From: a virus | Lineage: Duplodnaviria > Heunggongvirae > Uroviricota > Caudoviricetes | Reading direction: 5' to 3' (one strand) | Virus record (IMG/VR): IMGVR_UViG_3300032053_000007 | Length of the DNA stretch: 20,913 nucleotides | In this document: piece by piece, positions 1-7,971 of the stretch | How the letters are laid out: every line of letters starts with the position of its first letter | Position numbering within the stretch: position 1 is the first letter of the stretch | Made by a program: the position numbers and the translations under genes | The notes under the pieces: model-generated | The model's database searches: none | What the model was told of the DNA's origin: nothing | What the model saw: only the letters and a program-made list of their open reading frames with translations

Positions 1-1
1 T

Positions 2-3000
2 TGGGGAAATGAAGAAGTACGAAAAACAGTAACCGATTCAATAGACGTTCAAATAGCTTCAAGAAAAGTTGCTCGTTGGCTTGCAAACTGGACATATAGA
101 CGATTTAACCAAATAAACCCAGCAACGGGCGCGGGAACTGACTATCAAAAAAGAATGGTTGCTAAATACGATGATAATTGGGAAAATATTAGATTTGCTA
201 CGGAAGGTGTGGCAATAAGTCCACCCGATGGGACAGAATTCATATCTGGGCAAACAGCAACATATTGGGATGGTGGTTATCTTCATGTCTGGTACGGCGC
301 AAGTGATGATGGATTATCCGATACAGACAAAATCTACTATACGTATTCTAAACCACCATTTACGACTTGGACTATACCTGTTTGTGTAATAGATAGAACT
401 GGAAGCGGAGAGGGAATTCGTGACCCAACAAGTTATATTTCTGGAACAGTAATCTATCTCTTCACTCAAGGCTATACTACTTCTGGTGGTTTAACACATC
501 CAATACGGGTGTATAAAATCAACACAACAGACGACTTTGCTAATAGTGGCAATTACACCCATGTTGGTATTGCTGTTGACATTGGTGTAGATGGCGAATA
601 TGATGAAATAATGGTTGCTTCCCCGTGCATCATGAAAAGTGGTGCAACATACTACATGATGTATGAAGCCTTAGATGATGATGGAGTTTACTCAATTGGC
701 AGAGCAACATCAGCAGATTTAGAGACATGGGCTAAAGATGGTCAACTTGATGATTCTATCGGAAACCCAATTGCTAATCCAGATGGTAATACTAATGACA
801 TTGTTCCATGTGCCTTTCATAGTTCAACCCAATTATATGTTCATATAGGTGGTACAAAACTTAGGCTTAGAGGGGTTATTGGTGATTTTGTCAATAACTC
901 TGTTGCTCTAGAAGCATACAATCTCGACCCACAAATAGACGGTTACTGGAATCATAATGCCTTAAGCGAAACTGCTATCGATGCAAATGGATTCCGTAAT
1001 AAAACAGTTTATCTTCTTGGGGCATGGTCAACGGCAACTTATTATTTGAGAGTTTATATCGACTATGATTGTTTCTTATGTAATACAAATTGTCAGACTG
1101 ATTTTGATGACATTCGTTTCACAACTGGCGATGGTCAGACTCTTTTGGATTACTGTCTTGAACAAAAAACCAATAGTGATTATGCAATCTTCTGGGTTGA
1201 AATTCCAGACAGTTTGGAATCAGACGCTTTCAATATGTATGTTTACTATGGGAATAGTTCCGCCACATCTTTGAGTGACCCAGCGGTATCATCGCTTTGG
1301 AATTTGGGCGATAATTTCAACGATAATTCCAGAGATGCAAAATGGACTCTTGGAGAATATCATTCTTTGGAAGGTGGGTTAGGTGCAATAGATGAAGTTA
1401 ATAATCAATTAGAAGTTACTGCTCTCAAAGCTGGTGACGAAGCATGGTATGTCTCAACAGATGTTGTTGATGCTTCTGGTTGTGTTATTAGACTTAGAAC
1501 TACTAACGCCCAGAATTTGGGTCAAATGGGACTTTGGATAATTCCAACACAATACACCAATGTTGACCTTTGGACTCAACTTGATTGGTATCGTGTTCTT
1601 ATTTATGGTGACGGAAATATCTATATTCAAAGTAAAGACTCTGGAACACTTTATAGTGCGTCATTTTTGGCAACAACAGATGTTGTCATCATAAAGATTG
1701 TCGGTGGACATATTTATTTCTATGAACAAGATAAAGATTACCCGTGGCTAGTTTATCTCAGAGCGGACGAAGCATACACTCTTGCAGATACAGATGTCTA
1801 TGTCTATCTTGAAGGAAAATGCGATAATGGTGCAAAACTTGGTCCAGAAATTCATGATGACTTCTTTTCACGAAAAATGATTGCAACCGAGCCAGCACAA
1901 GGAGCATGGGAAGAAGAAGAAACAGAAAATTCCCATTCAATTGATGTTATATTCAAGATGGTAGCAATACCTGTAACCACTTCAATAGATACAGTTTTCA
2001 AGAAATTAGGGATAACCAAGACAGATTCTATAGACGTGTTGTTTGGTAAGTTAGGTCTAACAGAAACTTATTCTATAGATGTTATTCTAAAATCAGGTAT
2101 TACTACAAAGTATATAACTTACGATATTGATACTTTACTAGCAAAACAAGGGTTAACCAAAACAGATTCAATAGATGCTCTCTTTAAAAAGTTAGGAGTA
2201 ACTAAGACAAATTCTATAGATGTTATATTCAAGAGACTCATTCTTATAAAGACTTATTCCACAGATATTCTTTTCAAGAAAGGGGGTATAGTAAAAATAG
2301 ACAGTATAGACGTTTTATTCAAGAAGATAGGGATTACTAAAGCATATCCAATAGACGTTGAGATAGCTTCGAGATTAATAAGTACAGACTCTATAGATAT
2401 TCTTTTCAAGATAACTGGAATTACAAAAATAGATAGTATAGATATTTTGTTTAAAAAATTGGCTATTCCGATAACTGATTCTATAGACGTGATGTTAAAG
2501 AAGTTAAAAGTAACAAAAACAGATTCAATAGACGTATTGCTACAAAAGAGCGGAATTATCAAAACTGATTCTATAGATATTCTTTTCAAGAAGTTGGAGA
2601 TAACTTCAATTTATCCTATAGATATTGAAATAGCTTCAAGATTAATTTCTATAGATTCTATAGACACTCTATTTGAAAAGACGGGGGTTGTTATTACAGA
2701 CTCAATAGATACTCTGTTCAAAAAGATTGGCGTTGTTGTTACAGATTCGATAGACGTTCTATTTGAGGCATCAGGAATAACTAAGACCAACTCGATTGAT
2801 GTGTTGTTCAAGAAACTCGGATTAACTACAACAGACTCAATAGATACATTGCTCAAAATATTAGGGGTAATAATTCCTTACGATATAGACGTTCTTACTG
2901 CATTACGATTTACAAGCACAGATGATATAGACGTGCTCTTTAAGAAGTTAGACATAACTAAAATCGATTCGGTAGATACACTTTTTAAGAAACTTGGAAT

Positions 3001-5857
3001 CACAAATGCAAAACAGATAGATGTTATACTTTCAAAATATTCCGCAACTATAACTGACCAGATAGATGTTTTACTCCAAAAACAGGGTTTGACGGTTGTA
3101 GATTCAATTGATGTATTGTTTAAGAAATTAGGAGTTACTAAGACTAATCTGATAGATGTTCAAACAGCTTTGAGACAAACTACTACAGATTCTATAGATG
3201 CACTTCTTCAAAAGTTAGGACTGACAAGAACCGATGATATGGATATTCTACTCAAAAGATTAAGTATTATCGTGAATCAAAATTGGATGTGGAAAAAAGG
3301 TTTAACTATAAATTATGCAAGTAACGCTGGAACAAACTATCCCGTGTGTATAAAAGTTTACTATGGAAATGGAACAGACGGCACAGAATCCTTTGGAAAT
3401 GAAACGAGAGCCAAAGTCTATTTAAATGGAGAATGTAGAACCGATTTTGGAGATGTTAGATTTAAGAGCGAGGACGGAAAAACTGACTTAGATTATTGGT
3501 TAGCAGAAAAAGTGAATGGAAATTATGCGTTATTTTGGGTAGAAGTCAAAGAAGATTTGAGTACAGTTAATCGTACAATTTATATCTGGTATGGAAATCC
3601 AAATGTTACGACCACTAGCAATGGCTTCAATACATTCTCATGGTTCGATGATTTTGAAACATTAAAAACTGGGAGTGGAGATAAACTATGGACTGTAAAT
3701 GGTGTAGTGGTATTAGATACAAGTTATGTTTACGAAAAAATAAAAGGAATAGAATGTGGGCAAGAAGTATCAAGCTATAACGGGTATCTTGACAACCGCT
3801 TTGCACAAAACCAAACTATGGGGAAAACGGCAATTATGTTCTATGACCGTATGGAAGCGTTGGCAGAAGAAGGATGGCTAGTTTGGGATAATAATACTAC
3901 TGCACGTTATGTAGGTGTGGGCGAATTTCAAAGCGCGACTAAATATGTTTATAATAATGGTACGGGATGGTTAACTTCAACAGTTAACCGTACAGTAGGA
4001 TGGCATCTGCTTGAAATAGAACATACTAATTTGACATACTTTTATATAGACGGGGTTCAACTGGCAAATACTGGTGTTAAATTAACTAACGCTATGAGAA
4101 CTATGATTGGGGCTGTTCTAGCAACCACACGTAAAAAAATGTACTTTGATGCTTTTTGGCATCGTAAATGTGTTCGTCCAGAACCAGCGTTTGGTTCATG
4201 GACTTCTAAATCACGAGTAGAAGGTTCTTATGATATAGACGTTTTGTTAAAACGATTGAATATTTCTACCATTAGATTTGACCATCATGGAAGTGGAAAA
4301 TGCGCTACTGGTCAAAGCTCTTGGAGTTGGACCCATATTATTGGGGGGGATGCAAACTTAGTTGTAATTGCTGTAACCAGAACGGGTCAAAATATAGTTT
4401 CGGTAAAAGTAGGTGGACAAAATGCAACATATCTTACACGATTTACTGACCAATATGGCAATGTTTATCTGGAATTCTGGTACAAATATTCTCCGTTAGT
4501 TGGTACACAAACAATTACAGTTACATTAGGTGGGACTGGAAACTCAATCCAATATAAGGGCGCAAGTTGTTCATATGCTAATACGGTAATATCTGGAACA
4601 CCAGATTATCATATGGCTTATGGTAGTGGTCCGTGGACTCCTGCAACTGAAACTAATACTATTACGCTTCCAAAAGGAAAAGAAGAACTATTTGAAGCTA
4701 TATGTCTTTACGGTCCTGAAGTGCCTGTTACACAGCAATGGCTGACGGGTCAAACGGCACGGGATTCTATTACGGAATCTGGTGCAAGTTGTATTCAACT
4801 CTTCACCGCTGATAAATTAGCTGGTGCATCAGGAAATTATATGGAACAAGGAAGAACAGTTGATAGCGGTAAAATGATTTTATGGCTATATGGGATACTT
4901 GGACTTAGACCAAAATATTCTTATGACATAGATGTTCTCTTTAAAAAATTAGGGTTAACCAAAACCGATTCAATAGACACTCTTCTTCGAAAATTGGGAA
5001 TAATGATTCCTTATGATATTGATGTTGTGCTCAAGAAATTAAGTGTAATTAAAACATATCTTGCAGATTTGATAATGAAGAAACTTGGTATAGAAATTCC
5101 ATATTATTTGGATGTTCTGTTCAAGAGAAATGAAATTGCAAATGGTTATCTCATTGACGCTTTCCTTTCGTCACTCAAAATAAATAAAGAATATTTAGTG
5201 GATTCTTTGATTGAGAAACTTGGCATAACCCAAAATACTGGTATAGATGTTTTGCTGGTAAAACTTGAAAAGGTAAAAATCGGCGGCGGTCATCCAGAGG
5301 AAATAGATAGAAGAATTTCAGAAGGAATAGTAAAGTATATCGAACGTAACTTCAACTTCAAAGTAATTGCTCTTAAAGTAGTTTCCATACGCCATCAACA
5401 GAAAATTCCAACAAAAGAATTGCAAATAGCTCAAAAAGTCGAATCAAAGAAACCTGTTTCAGAATTAAAGGTAATAGGAAAGTCATCTCACTCTAATAGA
5501 ACTGCTGAACTGGATGTGGCAAAATCATATTCACAATCTACTTCTCTAAACGAACTAGCAATAGCAAAAGAATGTTCACAATCTACTTCTTTAACCGAAT
5601 TAGCAGTAGCAAAAGAACAATCTTACTCAATCACTCTAGTAGAATTACAACTTTCTAAAGAACAAATAGTTGGATTTGGAATTGACCCATTAAACATCTT
5701 ATCAGAAAGAGGAATGACTTTTACCTCTGCTGGACTAGATATAGTTTCAAATAATACATTCTCATTTTTCATAGAACCTCTATCGACCAGAAAGAAGAAG
5801 ATGACCAAACGGGAACTTATGGACCTCTTGGATAAGTTAGACGAATTGGATGAATAA
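2..5857 (+). CDS. Giant modular, probably virion/surface fibre or adhesin protein (5'-truncated): DUF2341-type modules, GH-like beta-propeller, beta-sandwich domains, 15-aa repeat stalks
   Basis: Frame +2 is open from base 2 (WGNEEVRKTVTDSIDVQIASRKVARWLANWTYRR...), so the ATG at 155 in the ORF track is internal. DUF2341-like cores: DFDDIRFTTGDGQTLLDYCLE...AIFWVEIP...YVYYGN (~1097-1260) and DFGDVRFKSEDGKTDLDYWLAE...ALFWVEV...YIWYGNP (~3443-3600). Propeller-like blades at ~200-1060. Repeat blocks at 1934-3277, 4922-5281 and ~5417-5776. The virion/adhesin role is inferred from architecture. Confidence 0.8.
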   Translation, partial: WGNEEVRKTVTDSIDVQIASRKVARWLANWTYRRFNQINPATGAGTDYQKRMVAKYDDNWENIRFATEGVAISPPDGTEFISGQTATYWDGGYLHVWYGASDDGLSDTDKIYYTYSKPPFTTWTIPVCVIDRTGSGEGIRDPTSYISGTVIYLFTQGYTTSGGLTHPIRVYKINTTDDFANSGNYTHVGIAVDIGVDGEYDEIMVASPCIMKSGATYYMMYEALDDDGVYSIGRATSADLETWAKDGQLDDSIGNPIANPDGNTNDIVPCAFHSSTQLYVHIGGTKLRLRGVIGDFVNNSVALEAYNLDPQIDGYWNHNALSETAIDANGFRNKTVYLLGAWSTATYYLRVYIDYDCFLCNTNCQTDFDDIRFTTGDGQTLLDYCLEQKTNSDYAIFWVEIPDSLESDAFNMYVYYGNSSATSLSDPAVSSLWNLGDNFNDNSRDAKWTLGEYHSLEGGLGAIDEVNNQLEVTALKAGDEAWYVSTDVVDASGCVIRLRTTNAQNLGQMGLWIIPTQYTNVDLWTQLDWYRVLIYGDGNIYIQSKDSGTLYSASFLATTDVVIIKIVGGHIYFYEQDKDYPWLVYLRADEAYTLADTDVYVYLEGKCDNGAKLGPEIHDDFFSRKMIATEPAQGAWEEEETENSHSIDVIFKMVAIPVTTSIDTVFKKLGITKTDSIDVLFGKLGLTETYSIDVILKSGITTKYITYDIDTLLAKQGLTKTDSIDALFKKLGVTKTNSIDVIFKRLILIKTYSTDILFKKGGIVKIDSIDVLFKKIGITKAYPIDVEIASRLISTDSIDILFKITGITKIDSIDILFKKLAIPITDSIDVMLKKLKVTKTDSIDVLLQKSGIIKTDSIDILFKKLEITSIYPIDIEIASRLISIDSIDTLFEKTGVVITDSIDTLFKKIGVVVTDSIDVLFEASGITKTNSIDVLFKKLGLTTTDSIDTLLKILGVIIPYDIDVLTALRFTSTDDIDVLFKKLDITKIDSVDTLFKKLGITNAKQIDVILSKYSATITDQIDVLLQKQGLTVVDSIDVLFKKLGVTKTNLIDVQTALRQTTTDSIDALLQKLGLTRTDDMDILLKRLSIIVNQNWMWKKGLTINYASNAGTNYPVCIKVYYGNGTDGTESFGNETRAKVYLNGECRTDFGDVRFKSEDGKTDLDYWLAEKVNGNYALFWVEVKEDLSTVNRTIYIWYGNPNVTTTSNGFNTFSWFDDFETLKTGSGDKLWTVNGVVVLDTSYVYEKIKGIECGQEVSSYNGYLDNRFAQNQTMGKTAIMFYDRMEALAEEGWLVWDNNTTARYVGVGEFQSATKYVYNNGTGWLTSTVNRTVGWHLLEIEHTNLTYFYIDGVQLANTGVKLTNAMRTMIGAVLATTRKKMYFDAFWHRKCVRPEPAFGSWTSKSRVEGSYDIDVLLKRLNISTIRFDHHGSGKCATGQSSWSWTHIIGGDANLVVIAVTRTGQNIVSVKVGGQNATYLTRFTDQYGNVYLEFWYKYSPLVGTQTITVTLGGTGNSIQYKGASCSYANTVISGTPDYHMAYGSGPWTPATETNTITLPKGKEELFEAICLYGPEVPVTQQWLTGQTARDSITESGASCIQLFTADKLAGASGNYMEQGRTVDSGKMILWLYGILGLRPKYSYDIDVLFKKLGLTKTDSIDTLLRKLGIMIPYDIDVVLKKLSVIKTYLADLIMKKLGIEIPYYLDVLFKRNEIANGYLIDAFLSSLKINKEYLVDSLIEKLGITQNTGIDVLLVKLEKVKIGGGHPEEIDRRISEGIVKYIERNFNFKVIALKVVSIRHQQKIPTKELQIAQKVESKKPVSELKVIGKSSHSNRTAELDVAKSYSQSTSLNELAIAKECSQSTSLTELAVAKEQSYSITLVELQLSKEQIVGFGIDPLNILSERGMTFTSAGLDIVSNNTFSFFIEPLSTRKKKMTKRELMDLLDKLDELDE
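1934..3277 (+). repeat. Coding tandem repeat: 30 units of ~15 aa (45 nt), consensus DSIDVLFKKLGITKT, degenerate at DNA level
   Basis: Counted from the translation: 25 units of 15 aa, four of 14 aa and one of 17 aa (448 aa). Confidence 0.95.
4922..5281 (+). repeat. Second block of the same 15-aa repeat family (8 units, progressively degenerate)
   Basis: YDIDVLFKKLGLTKT / DSIDTLLRKLGIMIP / YDIDVVLKKLSVIKT ... TGIDVLLVKLEKVKI, ending at GGGHP. A single further unit (YDIDVLLKRLNIST) lies near 4229-4270. Confidence 0.9.
5417..5776 (+). repeat. Distinct 15-aa repeat family near the C-terminus (six clear ELx(I/V)xK units plus two degenerate ones)
   Basis: ELQIAQKVESKKPVS / ELKVIGKSSHSNRTA / ELDVAKSYSQSTSLN / ELAIAKECSQSTSLT / ELAVAKEQSYSITLV / ELQLSKEQ... 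Bases 5531-5575 and 5576-5620 are near-identical. Confidence 0.8.
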
Positions 5858-5858
5858 A

Positions 5859-5874
5859 TTAATCAACTGATTAA
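5859..5874. promoter_or_regulatory. 16-bp interrupted palindrome TTAATCA-AC-TGATTAA, candidate operator just upstream of the mcm promoter
   Basis: Perfect 7-bp inverted arms with a 2-nt centre, ending 5 nt before the BRE-like CCATAA at 5880. Function is inferred. Confidence 0.4.
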
Positions 5875-5879
5875 GCATA

Positions 5880-5895
5880 CCATAAGGTTTATAAG
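5880..5895 (+). promoter_or_regulatory. Archaeal BRE-TATA promoter of mcm (CCATAA-GG-TTTATAAG)
   Basis: Matches the motif seen at four other intergenic sites. TATA octamer starts 43 nt before ATG 5931. Confidence 0.65.
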
Positions 5896-5930
5896 GTAGT
5901 AAGACAATATTCTCTGTAAGTGAAGATAGA

Positions 5931-7928
5931 ATGCCATCTAATACATTGGAAAGGAAAAATCTGGCTGGTGCAATAACCCTATTTCTTAAAGACCCAAAAG
6001 GAAAGAAATATATCGATGATTATGTAGCTGGAACAACCGATACAATCATTGTGAACATTGATGAGTTGGCTGTATTTCAAAAAGCAACGGCTGATGAGTT
6101 GATTAGAACAGCATTGAGTTATGGAATGGCGGCTCTTGAAGATGCTGTAGATAGTGAGGTTGTTTATATCGGTTTGAAAACGATTGACAAAACTCATATA
6201 AGCATAACTGGAACTTTTCCACTAAGTTTGATTCATGAAATTGGAGCGGATGATATTGGTCACATTGTTAAAATTCATGGTCTTGTAAATAAAACTGCTA
6301 AGATTCTTCCAATGTATATAGAAGCTGTTTTTAAATGTGTTATGTGCGGGGCAGAATCTCAATCAATTGTGCAAGGAAATCCGTGGACACTTACTAAACC
6401 ATTTCCTAAGTGTGAAGGTTGTGATGACAGAACAACTTGGGAACCTGTGCCACAATTAAGCACATTAGAAGACAGTCAAGAGTTTACTATTCAAGAGGCA
6501 TATGATGATATATCTAGTTCAAAAATTCCAAGACCTATACGATGTATCACATTCAAAAATCATCTTCTAAATTTTGTAAATTGTGGAGATGACATAGAAG
6601 CTATTTGTGTAGTAAATGCTATGTCGGCTTCACAGAAATTTGTCAAAACAAAGTTCAATGTAATCTATTTAGAAGTTCTCTCTGTCAATAAAAGACGTAA
6701 AGACCCAGACGCAATGGTGTTCACATTAGAAGAGGAACTTCAATTAAAGGAAATAGCTAAAGACCCAGAAGTTTATATGAAGATGATTAATTCTCTTGCT
6801 CCTTCGCTCTATGGTCATGAGAATGAGAAGGAAGCTGTATTATTGGCTATTTTTGGTTCCCCAGAGGAAATTCGAGAAGATATAACTATACGTGGGAATA
6901 TTCACATTCTTATGGTTGGCGACCCCGCTACTGCCAAAAGCCAATTGCTTCGTGCGGCTGTAGAGTTGTCGCCCAGAGGAATGTATGCAATGGGTAGAGG
7001 GACAACTGCGGCTGGATTAACTGCGGCACTTCACAAAGATAATGATAGTGGAGAATGGGAAATCTCCGCTGGTGTTTTGGTTCTGGCAGACGAAGGTGTA
7101 GCCGCAATAGATGAAATCGATAAGATGCGTGAAGAGGATAGAGTAAATATTCACGAAGCGATGGAACAACAAACAGTCTCAATTGACAAAGCTGGTTATC
7201 ATGTTCAGTTGAAAGCTAGGACATCATTGATTGCGGCGGCAAATCCAAGTTTAGGAAGATATGACCAATATAAATCGGTGTTTGAAAATCTTCCAAAGTT
7301 TCCGCCAAGCCTATTCAGTAGGTTCGACTTAATTTTTAAAGTGCTTGATATTCCAAACGAACAGATGGATAGAGAAGTTGTGGACCACATCATAGAAAAT
7401 GCCGATAGAAAATCTCCAATAGACAGAAAACTTTTGAGAAAATATATTGCATACTCTAAGAAACTTAAACCCAAACTTTCTAAAGAAGCGGCTGAATCTT
7501 TGAAGAACTATTTTGTTGCTGTAAGGAAAACTTACACAACTGACCAGAAAACCTTCCCCTTTTCATATAGACAATTTGAGGCTTTGAAGCGGTTGACACT
7601 TGCGCGGGCAAGGTCTCTTCTTAAACTTGAAGCTGATGCATCTGATGTAGAATGTGTTAAACGATTGTTCGATGTATTCCTTAAAGACACCGTTGGCAAT
7701 GATGTAACCCAACTCGAAACTGGTCAATCTACATCCTCAATGGACATTCAAAAGATTATGATGGAAGCATTCAAAAGCCACGATATGACAAAGAATGACC
7801 TCAGAAACTTGATGAAATGTGAAGATAATGACAAATTTGAGAAAGCATTCGTAAAACTACAAGGAGAAAACTACATTATGTTGAAGGGTATGGCTCTTAA
7901 CAACCAAGAAGTGTATGGAATACCGTAA
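5931..7928 (+). CDS. mcm: Archaeal-type MCM replicative helicase (665 aa, no intein)
   Basis: Zn finger CVMC...CEGC, Walker A GDPATAKS, GRGTTAAGLTAA, Walker B IDEIDKM, AMEQQTVSIDKAG, AAANP, arginine finger SRFD, sensor-2-like RQFEAL, short C-terminal winged-helix-like tail. Confidence 0.97.
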   Translation: MPSNTLERKNLAGAITLFLKDPKGKKYIDDYVAGTTDTIIVNIDELAVFQKATADELIRTALSYGMAALEDAVDSEVVYIGLKTIDKTHISITGTFPLSLIHEIGADDIGHIVKIHGLVNKTAKILPMYIEAVFKCVMCGAESQSIVQGNPWTLTKPFPKCEGCDDRTTWEPVPQLSTLEDSQEFTIQEAYDDISSSKIPRPIRCITFKNHLLNFVNCGDDIEAICVVNAMSASQKFVKTKFNVIYLEVLSVNKRRKDPDAMVFTLEEELQLKEIAKDPEVYMKMINSLAPSLYGHENEKEAVLLAIFGSPEEIREDITIRGNIHILMVGDPATAKSQLLRAAVELSPRGMYAMGRGTTAAGLTAALHKDNDSGEWEISAGVLVLADEGVAAIDEIDKMREEDRVNIHEAMEQQTVSIDKAGYHVQLKARTSLIAAANPSLGRYDQYKSVFENLPKFPPSLFSRFDLIFKVLDIPNEQMDREVVDHIIENADRKSPIDRKLLRKYIAYSKKLKPKLSKEAAESLKNYFVAVRKTYTTDQKTFPFSYRQFEALKRLTLARARSLLKLEADASDVECVKRLFDVFLKDTVGNDVTQLETGQSTSSMDIQKIMMEAFKSHDMTKNDLRNLMKCEDNDKFEKAFVKLQGENYIMLKGMALNNQEVYGIP

Positions 7929-7938
7929 CCTTTAAATA
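7923..7938 (+). promoter_or_regulatory. BRE-TATA promoter of lon, overlapping the mcm stop codon (CCGTAA-CC-TTTAAATA)
   Basis: TATA starts 41 nt before ATG 7972. AGGTG RBS at 7962-7966. Confidence 0.75.
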
Positions 7939-7971
7939 GTTCGTTGCCTCTATTTCTTATAAGGTGTGTTC

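Noticed and set aside
2254-2856. Reverse-strand ORFs with repeated SIESV motifs (2254..2589, 2611..2856)
   Set aside because: Antisense shadows of the DSID repeats; no promoter or RBS and no independent features.
1934-3277. Borg-like tandem nucleotide repeats
   Set aside because: Borg repeats are typically perfect at DNA level; these are degenerate with many synonymous differences, and there are no intergenic repeat arrays.
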